Positions 27,974 to 37,862 of a DNA stretch of 64,000 nt are shown here, one piece after another; within the stretch, counting starts at the first letter, position 1; each line of letters begins with the position of its first letter. The stretch lies in IMG/VR virus record IMGVR_UViG_3300020357_000003, one strand, 5' to 3'. This DNA is from an uncultured virus (IMG/VR IMGVR_UViG_3300020357_000003). Taxonomy: Duplodnaviria > Heunggongvirae > Uroviricota > Caudoviricetes. The notes beneath the pieces are model-generated. The model saw only the letters and a list, made by a program, of their open reading frames with translations. It had not been told where the DNA came from and searched no databases. Position numbers and translations under genes: made by a program.

Positions 27974-28721
27974 TTTAAAAGATGTTGATACAGATTTAGA
28001 AACAACGGATTACTTAACTAAAGAGATGCTGGCGGGCGCCCTTCCTGATAAGCGTTTTCGTAAGCATATCTCTGATAAAGTTGTTGATATTATTAATTCT
28101 GAGGCTGATAGTGAATTAAGACGGGTGTTTAGGGACAATGCATTAACGTACTCTTCCGTTTTATCAACTGGAAAGTACTCATTGGCGGCATATATAAATG
28201 CTGTAAAGTTCGTGTCCCTTAAATTAATGGGAGATAAATCATCTACTGCTTACAGTAAAGTATTCCCAGATCGTTATCAAAACTTGATAAATAAAGGTGC
28301 TTCGGCATCTTATATTGCTTCTTTTGCAGATAATTATAGTAAAACAGGATTAATAACGAAAATAATGGAACAAACCATGGTGCCTACGCATATTTTAAAT
28401 GCGGGCGTCTATCAAGAAGCTATTAATACACAAGCAGAATTAATGCGTACTGCTAAATCGGAATTAGTAAGGCAGAAAGCGGCTGAAAGTTTAATTAGCA
28501 ATCTGGCCTCCCCAGCGGCTGCTAAAGTAGAAATAGATATTGGTTATAGTAATGACATAGTAGAAGATTTAAGAAATACAACTAAAGCACTTGCTCAACA
28601 GCAACTACGTATGATTATGAATGGCCAGGCAAGTGCTGGAGAAATTGCAAAAAGTGAGATTATTGTTAAACCAAAAGAACTTAAAGAAGCCACTTATGAG
28701 GTAGTTGAAGATGCTGACTAA
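27960..28721 (+). CDS. N4 gp69-like protein (putative terminase small subunit)
   Basis: YINAVKFVS, AYSKVFPDRY, YQEAIN; directly upstream of terL. Confidence 0.75.
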   Translation: MQLANLKDVDTDLETTDYLTKEMLAGALPDKRFRKHISDKVVDIINSEADSELRRVFRDNALTYSSVLSTGKYSLAAYINAVKFVSLKLMGDKSSTAYSKVFPDRYQNLINKGASASYIASFADNYSKTGLITKIMEQTMVPTHILNAGVYQEAINTQAELMRTAKSELVRQKAAESLISNLASPAAAKVEIDIGYSNDIVEDLRNTTKALAQQQLRMIMNGQASAGEIAKSEIIVKPKELKEATYEVVEDAD

Positions 28722-30309
28722 GAAAACAGTCGATGAATGGCTAAACGATTGCGAGTATGAAGATGATCCAAACTATGTACCAAGTGAGTTTGCTTTAGAA
28801 TTTGTTTCGTTTATTAAATTAGTTAATGGAGAAAAAGGGGAAGAAAATAAAACTCCTGTAATCCATTACAAAATGTTGGACAAAATCGCAGGCAAAACCC
28901 AAAATACCGCTAATATGTGTGCTCGTGGCCTTGCCAAGACTACAATATTTGCTGAGTACCTATTTTTATACATTGCTGTATATGGATCTATTCCAGGATT
29001 TGGAAAAGTCGATTATGCATTATACCTTTCAGATAGTATTGAAAACGGGGTAAAGAAAATGCGACTTCGTATAGAGCGTAGGTGCGAACAAAGTGAATTT
29101 TTAAAATCATTTATAAAAGAATCTAGGTTTACGGATATACGTTGGTATTTTAAAAATATGGAAGGAAAGGAATTTGTTGTTACTGGGCATGGTGCAAAGA
29201 CAGGTGTTCGTGGTACAGTTGAATTGAATACTCGGCCTCAATTAGCCGTACTTGATGATCTGTTAGGAGATGAAGATGCCCGTTCTGCGACTATTATTGA
29301 AAACGTTGAGAACACCGTCTACTCTGCCATTGACTATGCGTTGCATCCGAATAAACGTAAAGTTATTTGGTCTGGAACTCCGTTTAATGCTAAAGACCCT
29401 TTATACAAAGCTGTGGAATCTGGTGTCTGGCATGTAAATGTCTATCCTGTTTGTGAAAAGTTCCCGTGTAGTGAAGAGGAATTCAGGGGTGCTTGGGAGG
29501 ATAGATTTAGCTACGAATATGTGAATACACAATATTTAAAAGCTAAAGGAGCAGGTAAACTAGATTCGTTTAATCAAGAATTAATGCTAAGAATTACGAG
29601 TGAAGAAGACCGTCTCGTTAACGATTCCGATATAGTTTGGTATAAAAGAAACAACGTACTTAAAAATAGAGGAGCTTATAATTTTTACATTACTACGGAT
29701 TTTGCTACATCTGATCGAGAACATGCCGACTTCAGCGTAATTAATGTTTGGGCTTTAAATAACAATGGAGATTGGATGTGGGTAGATGGATTTTGTAAAC
29801 GGACGCTGATGAATGACACTATTGATGCGTTATTTCGTTTAGTTCAAGAATGGAAGCCTCAAGAAGTTGGTATTGAAACAACTGGGCAACAAGGCGGATT
29901 TATAAGTTGGATTCAAAATGAAATGGGTCATCGTAATAATTATTTTACGTTGTCGAAAGGAAAAAATAGTAATACGATAGGTATTAGGCCGACTAAAGAT
30001 AAAATGAGTCGTTTTCAACAAAATGCTGTACCATTATTTAAATCTAAGAAGATATGGCTACCAGAAGAATTAATGGATAGTCCTGAATTAGAAGAGTTGC
30101 TTTTTGAGTTGTCTTTAGCTACTCTAAAGGGGTTTAAAAGTAAGCATGATGACCATATTGATACAATTAGTATGATTGCTGAATTGAATGCTTGGCGACC
30201 AAATGAAGTATCTATTTCAGAAGAAGAAGAAGATAAATTACAAAGTTCTCCGATGTGGGGAGATGATAATATGATTCCGCAACGGGGGGATAGTTCGTAT
30301 TTTGTTTAA
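28711..30309 (+). CDS. terL: terminase large subunit (N4 gp68-like)
   Basis: RGLAKTT, GVRG, VLDD, SGTP, FNQE, TTDFA, HDDHID. Confidence 0.93.
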   Translation: MLTKKTVDEWLNDCEYEDDPNYVPSEFALEFVSFIKLVNGEKGEENKTPVIHYKMLDKIAGKTQNTANMCARGLAKTTIFAEYLFLYIAVYGSIPGFGKVDYALYLSDSIENGVKKMRLRIERRCEQSEFLKSFIKESRFTDIRWYFKNMEGKEFVVTGHGAKTGVRGTVELNTRPQLAVLDDLLGDEDARSATIIENVENTVYSAIDYALHPNKRKVIWSGTPFNAKDPLYKAVESGVWHVNVYPVCEKFPCSEEEFRGAWEDRFSYEYVNTQYLKAKGAGKLDSFNQELMLRITSEEDRLVNDSDIVWYKRNNVLKNRGAYNFYITTDFATSDREHADFSVINVWALNNNGDWMWVDGFCKRTLMNDTIDALFRLVQEWKPQEVGIETTGQQGGFISWIQNEMGHRNNYFTLSKGKNSNTIGIRPTKDKMSRFQQNAVPLFKSKKIWLPEELMDSPELEELLFELSLATLKGFKSKHDDHIDTISMIAELNAWRPNEVSISEEEEDKLQSSPMWGDDNMIPQRGDSSYFV

Positions 30310-30404
30310 CCATCACGGCAAGGTAGTCCCTTCTCTTCCTACCGATGCTGTGCCTCCAGGGTAGGTCGGTTCGGCACCGACCTACCCGCCCTCTAGAGGT
30401 TATT

Positions 30405-31085
30405 ATGAAAGTTTCAGAATATATTGATTATTTAATTACTGGTGAATGCAGTAAGTTAGCTATTTCTGATGTTGGGGATATGGGAGCAAACCCCAGTCCA
30501 GTTCCAACTGCTGTTCAATCAGTAAATCAAAGTAAATTTATTAATTATGTAAATTTAGCTAATCTAGCATTACATAAACGATTTCATTTACTAAAAAAAG
30601 ATTATGAAATGGATCAACCTATGGATGGTGAAGAATATGCACTACCTTCTGATTTTCTTGTTCCTATTCATGCTTACTATGCTTCGGATTTTGAACCCGT
30701 AGCTGTTAAAGATGAGGATGTTAAATTAGTATCAGGAGTTGATCAACATGTAGCTATCCTGTTACCTGAACCGTTTAAAGCAGAAATTAAAGGAACAGAT
30801 GCAGAAACGCCTAAACGGCAACAAATTATATTACGTTATGCAGCTGCACCGAAAACAGCTAAAAATACATATACAGACTTAAAAATCAATCAAGTATACA
30901 CAGAAGCTCTACTTAATTATGCGGCTTATAAAGCCCATGCCGCTATTAGTGGTATGATGAATGATGAAAATAATACTTATTTAATGCGATATGAATCTAG
31001 TTGTAAACAACTTATTAATTCAGGAATGTGGGGCAATAACGAAATTGAAGTTAATACAAAGCTAGAAGATAATGGATTTGTATAA
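30405..31085 (+). CDS. head-tail adaptor (N4 gp67-like)
   Basis: NLALHKRF, EALLNYAAYK; synteny; GAGG RBS before MKVSEY. Confidence 0.7.
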   Translation: MKVSEYIDYLITGECSKLAISDVGDMGANPSPVPTAVQSVNQSKFINYVNLANLALHKRFHLLKKDYEMDQPMDGEEYALPSDFLVPIHAYYASDFEPVAVKDEDVKLVSGVDQHVAILLPEPFKAEIKGTDAETPKRQQIILRYAAAPKTAKNTYTDLKINQVYTEALLNYAAYKAHAAISGMMNDENNTYLMRYESSCKQLINSGMWGNNEIEVNTKLEDNGFV

Positions 31086-31090
31086 TTAGT

Positions 31091-31118
31091 TTGACATTTG
31101 ACAGAACTAACGTATCTT
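31091..31118 (+). promoter_or_regulatory. sigma70-like late promoter
   Basis: TTGACA-16 nt-TATCTT upstream of the tail operon. Confidence 0.5.
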
Positions 31119-31176
31119 ATAGTTGCGCAGGGTGCCTACGCTGAGAACAACCTCTTATGATATTTAGGAGTTAACA

Positions 31177-31554
31177 ATGGCATACTATGATGAGATACAG
31201 GTAGTAGCTAATGATACAAAGCCAGAAGTAAACCTTACCTTAAAAGACGCCAATACCGCTGCAGCTGGCCTTAATTTAGATCCTGATGATTCCTCCACTT
31301 GGGCTGCTATTGATATTAGTGATCCCACGATTCGAGTAAAATTCCGTGCATTAGGCGGGTCTAGTATTTTAGATACTATGACTTGTATAAAAATTGCGCC
31401 TTTTACTGATGGAAAATGCTATATGCCTTGGGGTGCAACTACTTTAGCAGTTGCCGCTGGGACATATGAAGGCGAAATTGAATTAACTTATTCAACTGGG
31501 GCTATTTGGACTCTATTTGATAGATTAAAGTTTAAAGTACGGGCGGATTTCTAA
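31177..31554 (+). CDS. BppU-like beta-sandwich tail protein
   Basis: NDTKPEVNLTLKD...AGTYEGEIELTY...FKVR. Confidence 0.6.
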   Translation: MAYYDEIQVVANDTKPEVNLTLKDANTAAAGLNLDPDDSSTWAAIDISDPTIRVKFRALGGSSILDTMTCIKIAPFTDGKCYMPWGATTLAVAAGTYEGEIELTYSTGAIWTLFDRLKFKVRADF

Positions 31555-32426
31555 TGAGTGCGCCCATAGGAAAAGCTGAAGTTCATAGTGCTCGTATTGC
31601 AGCGGAAGTTTTACTGGATTACGATAGTAAGAATAGAGAATTTAATCTTACAATTCCTTTAGCTGATGCACATGAATTTGTAATAGTAAAACCAGCATTA
31701 AGCGATGTCTTTGCATTGTTGGATGTTGCAGCAATACACCCACTTAAATCACCTACACATAGTATCACTGTTTCCGATACTGCCTCTAGTGTAATAGATA
31801 AAGCTATAGCAGATGGTTTTGCTTTAGATGATTCGGCATTAATAGATAAAGATTATGTTGGAACTAAAGGCAATGTCGCTACGATGTCGGATATTCTTGG
31901 GCTGTTGTATGAACATCCTGTAGCTGATAGTTATAGCATGAGTGACGTAGTTGCCCAAACTTGGGATTACGTTAGAAACTTTAATGATACTATTGCAATA
32001 GGAGATGTTGAATTTAACCCACTGGGTACTCATTTACTTAACACAAGGGATTTAAATACGGGCAACTCCCTGTTTGAGTTATTAAAAGGTAACGATCAGG
32101 CGGATACTCTTGGGCCAGTTTCAGATGCAATAGCGTTAACGCCAGGTAAAAATTTTACAGATGCCTTTACATTTAGCGATACTGATGACTATAGCTTAGG
32201 TAAAGGTCTATCTGACACAATTGGTTTGACAGATTATCTGTACATAGACTTTAAAACTTTAACTGATTCATTAAGTCTAGCAGATACAATGGTCTACCAT
32301 TATTATGACAACACTACTATAGCAGATAATGTGGCGACTATTTCTGATTCAATAAACGTAAGTCACATTTCTGGTGGGATCTTTAATGCAACAGGAGTAC
32401 CGTTAAATAATATGACATTAAATTAG
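31554..32426 (+). CDS. tail/virion protein with degenerate D-rich beta repeats
   Basis: recurring K..D....D units (DSLSLAD, DAFTFSD, DTIGLTD). Confidence 0.55.
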   Translation: MSAPIGKAEVHSARIAAEVLLDYDSKNREFNLTIPLADAHEFVIVKPALSDVFALLDVAAIHPLKSPTHSITVSDTASSVIDKAIADGFALDDSALIDKDYVGTKGNVATMSDILGLLYEHPVADSYSMSDVVAQTWDYVRNFNDTIAIGDVEFNPLGTHLLNTRDLNTGNSLFELLKGNDQADTLGPVSDAIALTPGKNFTDAFTFSDTDDYSLGKGLSDTIGLTDYLYIDFKTLTDSLSLADTMVYHYYDNTTIADNVATISDSINVSHISGGIFNATGVPLNNMTLN

Positions 32427-32437
32427 GAGCTTTAAAA

Positions 32438-32860
32438 ATGGTTAACGATAATTTAACATTAACAGGTGCACTAGTTATTTCGAAGAATGACGTAGTAGTG
32501 CAAAGAACAAAAAATTTAGTGGTAACGGCAGGTAAAAACTGGGTAGCTGATAGAATGAACGATGCTAATACAGTAATGACACATATGGCATTGGGTACTG
32601 GTACTAACGCAGCAGCCGTTGGAGATACTACGTTACAGACAGAAATTGACAGAAATGCTCTAACAAGCACTACTGTTTCAACTAATACAATTGCATATGG
32701 TTGTACTTGGGCAGCTGGCGATGGTACAGGTGCTATTACTGAAGCTGGTCTTTTCGATGCTGCTTCAGGTGGTGACATGCTTGCACGTACTGTATTCTCA
32801 GTAGTTAATAAAGGCGCATCAGACTCAATTACTATTACGTGGACTATCACCATATCTTAA
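32438..32860 (+). CDS. tail-fibre-associated structural protein
   Basis: NLVVTAG...MALGTG...DTTLQTEIDR...ITEAGLF...MLAR. Confidence 0.7.
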   Translation: MVNDNLTLTGALVISKNDVVVQRTKNLVVTAGKNWVADRMNDANTVMTHMALGTGTNAAAVGDTTLQTEIDRNALTSTTVSTNTIAYGCTWAAGDGTGAITEAGLFDAASGGDMLARTVFSVVNKGASDSITITWTITIS

Positions 32861-32889
32861 TAACCTCTGTTACTTAAAGGAGTACAGCT

Positions 32890-33366
32890 ATGGGCGTAAA
32901 GTTTACGAATAATGCGTATACAACATTAGCCTCATCAATATCCGCTGGGGCGACTAGTTTTGATGTAGCTTCAGCAGCGACTTTTCCTACTTTAGGTGCG
33001 GGAGACTGGACATATGTATCCCTAACCGATGAAGTAGTTAAAGTTACGGCTATTTCGGGGACTACTTTTACATGTGATGCTGTAGCAGGCGGGCACTCTT
33101 CTGGTATTGCTGTTGAACTTAGAATGACAGCAGAATTATTAGAGGATTTTGCAGCTGATGATCAGTATTCAGAAACAGTGGTTACTCCAACAGCAGGTCA
33201 GACTGATTTTAGTCATACGTATACAGTTGGACGGCTACATGTATTTATGAACGGTGTTAAACTATTAAACGGTGCTGGAAATGATTTTACCGCTACTAAT
33301 GGTACTACTATAGTACTTGCAGCAGGGGCTACCACTGCCGATACAATGGAATTTATAAATTTTTAA
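32890..33366 (+). CDS. tail fibre/spike-associated protein
   Basis: FTNNAYTTLAS, EVVKVTAISG, VFMNGVKL. Confidence 0.65.
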   Translation: MGVKFTNNAYTTLASSISAGATSFDVASAATFPTLGAGDWTYVSLTDEVVKVTAISGTTFTCDAVAGGHSSGIAVELRMTAELLEDFAADDQYSETVVTPTAGQTDFSHTYTVGRLHVFMNGVKLLNGAGNDFTATNGTTIVLAAGATTADTMEFINF

Positions 33367-33378
33367 AAGGATAAAACA

Positions 33379-34125
33379 ATGAGCAAAGCTAGAGAACTCG
33401 CAAATTTATTAGAAGCAGACGGGGATGTTATCTCAGCTAGCTTAGATAATGTACCTGCTTCTGATTGGACGACATTATTAAATAAGCCCTCTCATGCAGA
33501 TACAGATACTACTGATGCGAGTAATATCGGGAGTGGGACATTGCCAAATGCTAGAATATCCGCATTACCAACTAGCCAATTAACAGGAGCTGCAACAGAT
33601 ATTGTTTCTCATGGGTTAGCTGCAAGTGCAACTACTGATACTACAGATGCAAGTAATATTGGTTCAGGTACATTACCTAATGCTCGAATATCTTCTTTGC
33701 CAACAAGTCAGTTAACTGGCGCAGTAACGTCTATTGCATCACATGGTTTAGCCGCATCTGCTACGACAGATACCACTGATGCAAGTAACATTAGCAGTGG
33801 TACGATACCAACCGCTCGCTTGGGTTCTGGTACTGCTGGTTCAGGAAATTATCTTCGAGGTGATGGAACTTGGACAACCAATTGTACAAATCATAGTAAT
33901 TGTACGACAAATGGAAATGGTATGGCTAATTGTGCTAATTGCTCAGGTACAGATAGTTTTGGTAATTGTACGACAAATGGTAAAGCAAATTGTGCGAACT
34001 GTTCAGGAACAGTAAGTGCCATTAGTTCACAAGTTAGTCATAGTAATTTTGGGTATAATTTTTCTGCGTGTAATCCTAGTATTGGTGTGGGAACCCGAGC
34101 ATGTGACTGTGCTTGTAACTGTTAA
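33379..34125 (+). CDS. tail-fibre-like protein with 44-aa repeats and 12-Cys C-terminus
   Basis: DASNIGSGTLPNARI repeats, NYLRGDGTW, then NC-rich tail ending CDCACNC. Confidence 0.75.
   Translation: MSKARELANLLEADGDVISASLDNVPASDWTTLLNKPSHADTDTTDASNIGSGTLPNARISALPTSQLTGAATDIVSHGLAASATTDTTDASNIGSGTLPNARISSLPTSQLTGAVTSIASHGLAASATTDTTDASNISSGTIPTARLGSGTAGSGNYLRGDGTWTTNCTNHSNCTTNGNGMANCANCSGTDSFGNCTTNGKANCANCSGTVSAISSQVSHSNFGYNFSACNPSIGVGTRACDCACNC
33502..33830 (+). repeat. about 2.5 copies of a 132-bp (44-aa) coding repeat
   Basis: units start at 33502, 33634 and 33766; differences mostly synonymous. Confidence 0.85.
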
Positions 34126-34140
34126 TAGGAGAACCTAATA

Positions 34141-35109
34141 ATGTTTAAAAATATGTATGACAGTCTTTCTTGTGGGGTTCATCTAGAATTACTAGTCTAT
34201 GATGATAAAGTATGCCTTAAAACATGGTCTGAAATTAGTGAAAATGAATTCAATCAAGTAAATGTTGTTAATGACTACACTGTAACACGTAGCTTAACTT
34301 TTTCTGGTGGTAATCCAAAATATATGGAATTTGTGAATGAAGCTAGTGGTGTATACCATAAGTATTTACCAACAGGATATATTTTTGGGGAGATGATCGA
34401 AGGTGAGAAATTTATTCCTAATATGCCTGCTAGTATTAGAGATAATTATGATCATTTAACAGGAACATATTGGAGAAATCATTCATATGCTTTAATTGAT
34501 CCCACTGATCCTTCTATTCATGCAAGTGAAAAAGATGATGTAGCATGTTGGGCAGTAGGCGTTAAAAGTGATGATCATGTTGTTAACCCATTTTATAATA
34601 CGTTAACAGATACATTTCAAACAAAAGCGCATCCATTAAGATCGTTAAGAAAGTATACTGCTCCTGTATCATTAATGCTATATCAACCATTTAAAACAGA
34701 TAAATTTACCGATTGTTCTATGACATTTAAATACAATAAAGGATCTGGATTTAGTACGAATATTTTAGATGGGTGGACAGCGGGAACAGGATATGATTAT
34801 TTAGATCAGATGGGAGATGCATTTCCTAATTTTGAAGTAACTTCTGGTGGTGGCGATATTGATGCTGGAGATACTGATACAGTGAATTTTAAAATGGTTG
34901 ATAAAGACGGTACAACCATTGAAAAAGATTCAACTTTATATTTAGAATCAACAGGAGGGTATTTGCCTAAAACTAGAGTAGATGTTACAAACGGTTTAGG
35001 ATCGTTTAAAGTTACAGCATTAGGCTTGGTAGCTGATGACACATTTAAAGTAAAAATGGGTTTTCGAAATTACACGGGTGTAAAAGATGTTAATTATACG
35101 GTTAAATGA
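34141..35109 (+). CDS. hypothetical protein with C-terminal Ig-like domain
   Basis: C-terminal beta-strand pattern LYLESTGGYLPKTRVDVTNGLGSFKVTALGL. Confidence 0.6.
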   Translation: MFKNMYDSLSCGVHLELLVYDDKVCLKTWSEISENEFNQVNVVNDYTVTRSLTFSGGNPKYMEFVNEASGVYHKYLPTGYIFGEMIEGEKFIPNMPASIRDNYDHLTGTYWRNHSYALIDPTDPSIHASEKDDVACWAVGVKSDDHVVNPFYNTLTDTFQTKAHPLRSLRKYTAPVSLMLYQPFKTDKFTDCSMTFKYNKGSGFSTNILDGWTAGTGYDYLDQMGDAFPNFEVTSGGGDIDAGDTDTVNFKMVDKDGTTIEKDSTLYLESTGGYLPKTRVDVTNGLGSFKVTALGLVADDTFKVKMGFRNYTGVKDVNYTVK

Positions 35110-35882
35110 ACAAACCCGAACATATAGCATATTATGAAAGTCTTACGGATGAGCCAGAGGATTCTGTTCAACATCCCCTAGATCAATTTGCAAAAATTGA
35201 ACAAAAATTTGCAACTCCGTTTCTTGAAAGCGATACTGAGCTTCCCTCTAAAATGCGTCAGGATCTTATTCAAGTTCTTGAAAAGAAAGAGACGGCTCTG
35301 TCTGCACTAAAAGAAAGTGATCCAGAATTTTATGGGATGGCGGAAGCTAAAGGCTTTTATGCTACAACTCATTACAATCTATTTGAAAATCCTTCTGAGT
35401 ACCCCTTTGCCGAACAATCCATCCTTGAATTTGAACAAATTGCTTGTCAGATGATTCGTTACTACATCCGTAAAGGATGGGGAGTTCGTCAGGCTAGTGA
35501 ATTACGATTAGAAGGACGCTGTTTTGGGAATGTTCAAATTCCTGGAGCCAGAACATATCCTCATTATCATCAATCTGTTGATGGTGTTCTTGTACATTAC
35601 TTGTCTATTGGGGATGGGGATTTTATGAAAGGGGCTGAGACATCTCCTCGACATGGAACACATAAAGTTTTATTTATGGATCCCCGCCCAGCAATTAATT
35701 ATCCTTATTGGGAAAAGGTACATGCAGTTACTCCTAGAGTTGGATTAACACTAATTCATCCTAACTACCTATGGCATGAAACAAATCCTTGGTTGGGACA
35801 AGGAACACGAGTGTGTATAGTTGTAAATTTTCGTGTAATGTCTCATGGGTATAATGAACTAAGCCAACCTTTAAGAGGATAG
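35106..35882 (+). CDS. 2OG-Fe(II)-type oxygenase (HxH...H)
   Basis: PHYH, VHYL, FMDPRP, HPNYLWHET, RVCIVVNF. Confidence 0.8.
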   Translation: MNKPEHIAYYESLTDEPEDSVQHPLDQFAKIEQKFATPFLESDTELPSKMRQDLIQVLEKKETALSALKESDPEFYGMAEAKGFYATTHYNLFENPSEYPFAEQSILEFEQIACQMIRYYIRKGWGVRQASELRLEGRCFGNVQIPGARTYPHYHQSVDGVLVHYLSIGDGDFMKGAETSPRHGTHKVLFMDPRPAINYPYWEKVHAVTPRVGLTLIHPNYLWHETNPWLGQGTRVCIVVNFRVMSHGYNELSQPLRG

Positions 35883-35883
35883 C

Positions 35884-36471
35884 ATGTCATATTGTGTTCA
35901 TGAACTGTTTTCTGTTCCTCTTATTCATCTCCAATTTAACCAACATCATAAATATACGAATCTTCCCATTATTAGGAAAAAGGACAAAAGACCAGCAAAT
36001 TGGACTATGTCAGTTAATACTTCTTACCCTAATATTGTAAAAGATGATGAATTTATTAGTTTGCATACTGCTAATGAATTAAAGCTTGATATTAGTAATG
36101 CAATTACTACTGCATTTAAAGATATTAATATTTCTACCAATTTTAATATATTTTCTTTTTGGTACAATATTTATCATGAACATCAAGGACAAGAACCACA
36201 CAATCATATTGGGAATGTAAATCCCTATTGGTGTGGGACATACTATAATAAAAATGCAACACCAACGATTTTTTATAAAGAACAAGGTATACGTGATATT
36301 CATATCATGCCAGATTGGGACGAAAGTAAACTTAGATTATCATTTACACCCGTTTCAAAAATTGATATGAACGAGGGGGATATTCTTTTATTTCCCCCAT
36401 ATCTTACGCATTCAGTTCCTGAACAGGAACAGTATAGAGTTACTTTTTCATTTAACCTTATTAGGAAATAA
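35884..36471 (+). CDS. 2OG-Fe(II)-type oxygenase (TIGR02466-like)
   Basis: WYNIY, QEPHNH, FPPYLTHSV, RVTFSFN. Confidence 0.82.
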   Translation: MSYCVHELFSVPLIHLQFNQHHKYTNLPIIRKKDKRPANWTMSVNTSYPNIVKDDEFISLHTANELKLDISNAITTAFKDINISTNFNIFSFWYNIYHEHQGQEPHNHIGNVNPYWCGTYYNKNATPTIFYKEQGIRDIHIMPDWDESKLRLSFTPVSKIDMNEGDILLFPPYLTHSVPEQEQYRVTFSFNLIRK

Positions 36472-36472
36472 T

Positions 36473-37219
36473 ATGTTTGAATCAGGGCCAGGTAAAGACT
36501 TACAAGTCACACATGAGTGGCCTACTATTATTGGTACCGAAATAATTGAACTACCCCAGATAATGAAAGATGTTCTTGTTAAAGTAATTAAAAGACAAGA
36601 TAGCGTTTTTACAGAGCATACATATAATAAAACAAATAAAACTACGGCTGAATTAGCCGCATTTGACGAAAAAATCTATAATATATTTGACTATTCACGT
36701 TATGATACAGAAGGAGAAATAACGCAGATTAAAGCATTTGAAAAAATTATGTCAAAAGTAATTAGAACTTATGTTACTGAAGCATGGCAAGTAGACCCAC
36801 ATGTAGAAATTAATGTTCGAGGTTTTGGTAATGTTCAGAATACATTTGGAAGAAGAACAGCACCTCATTTTCATCATGGTTGGGATGGTGTTTTAGCTCA
36901 TTATGTAACAGTAGGTAATGAATATGAATCGGATGTTCCCATGACGCCTATGGATACACCGTATAGTGGGCAATTGTTATTATTAGATACACGACCAAGT
37001 ACATGCATTCCTGATGGTGATGTCAGAAATGATGTTGTACGTTTAAATCCTGTTAATGGATTAACTGTTATTCACCCTGGTTATGTATGGCATGAAACTC
37101 ATACACATACTCAAACTGGGGATCGAGTTCTTGTTGCAATCAATTTTCATATATGGAATCGTAATTTTGATGAACTACCAACATCTTTGGACAACTCCTA
37201 TAGGCCAAGTTCAAATTAA
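36473..37219 (+). CDS. 2OG-Fe(II)-type oxygenase (HxH...H)
   Basis: PHFH, AHYV, LDTRP, HPGYVWHET, RVLVAINF. Confidence 0.8.
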   Translation: MFESGPGKDLQVTHEWPTIIGTEIIELPQIMKDVLVKVIKRQDSVFTEHTYNKTNKTTAELAAFDEKIYNIFDYSRYDTEGEITQIKAFEKIMSKVIRTYVTEAWQVDPHVEINVRGFGNVQNTFGRRTAPHFHHGWDGVLAHYVTVGNEYESDVPMTPMDTPYSGQLLLLDTRPSTCIPDGDVRNDVVRLNPVNGLTVIHPGYVWHETHTHTQTGDRVLVAINFHIWNRNFDELPTSLDNSYRPSSN

Positions 37220-37862
37220 TCTTGATGAAGATTTAAGAAGATCTTTGGTTCAATGTGTTGTTCAGAACTACATTCAACGAATGGACGCACAAGAACCTGT
37301 GCCTTCATTTATAGATTTATTTGATTATACGCAATATGCACATCAAGATAAGTTAGAGATATTTAAAGCTGTGCATAGGTTTGAACTAATTATTAGTAAA
37401 ATTATTAGAACCTACGCTAAACAAGCTTGGAATATATCTTCTGACATACCAATAAGTATGCATTGTACAAGCAAAATTCATCAGCCCTTTGAAATGAGAG
37501 TAGAACCGCATAGGCATAATAGTACAGATATTTGCATAATTCATTACTTAACTGCTGGAGGTGAGTTTCATTTAGATAATCATAATCCTCCTGAGCCATT
37601 AAATAATGACTATAGTGGGGATTTGCTAATATTAGATCCTAGGCCAAATATTACATATCCTTACAATGAAAAAGCAAAAACATTTAGACCCCAAACTGGG
37701 ACAACTATAGTTCATCCTGGGTATGTTTGGCATGAAACCCACCAACATACCAAGGATGGGTTACGAATTTGTTTAATTGTTAATGCTGAAATAGATAGAG
37801 AATCCAAAGTACATCCATCTTTACAACAATTAATTAAACTACGTCCAGTGAGCCTCGTATGA
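37170..37862 (+). CDS. 2OG-Fe(II)-type oxygenase (HxH...H), start revised to MNYQHLW
   Basis: PHRH, IHYL, LDPRP, HPGYVWHET, RICLIVN. Confidence 0.8.
   Translation: MNYQHLWTTPIGQVQINLDEDLRRSLVQCVVQNYIQRMDAQEPVPSFIDLFDYTQYAHQDKLEIFKAVHRFELIISKIIRTYAKQAWNISSDIPISMHCTSKIHQPFEMRVEPHRHNSTDICIIHYLTAGGEFHLDNHNPPEPLNNDYSGDLLILDPRPNITYPYNEKAKTFRPQTGTTIVHPGYVWHETHQHTKDGLRICLIVNAEIDRESKVHPSLQQLIKLRPVSLV

Noticed and set aside
30345..30404. ORF-track N-terminal extension of the adaptor gene
   Set aside because: It runs through a GC hairpin; the RBS supports ATG 30405
33502..33830. 132-bp repeats as a CRISPR array or DGR template/variable repeat
   Set aside because: In-frame coding repeats with mostly synonymous changes; no spacers, no adenine-specific pattern, no reverse transcriptase
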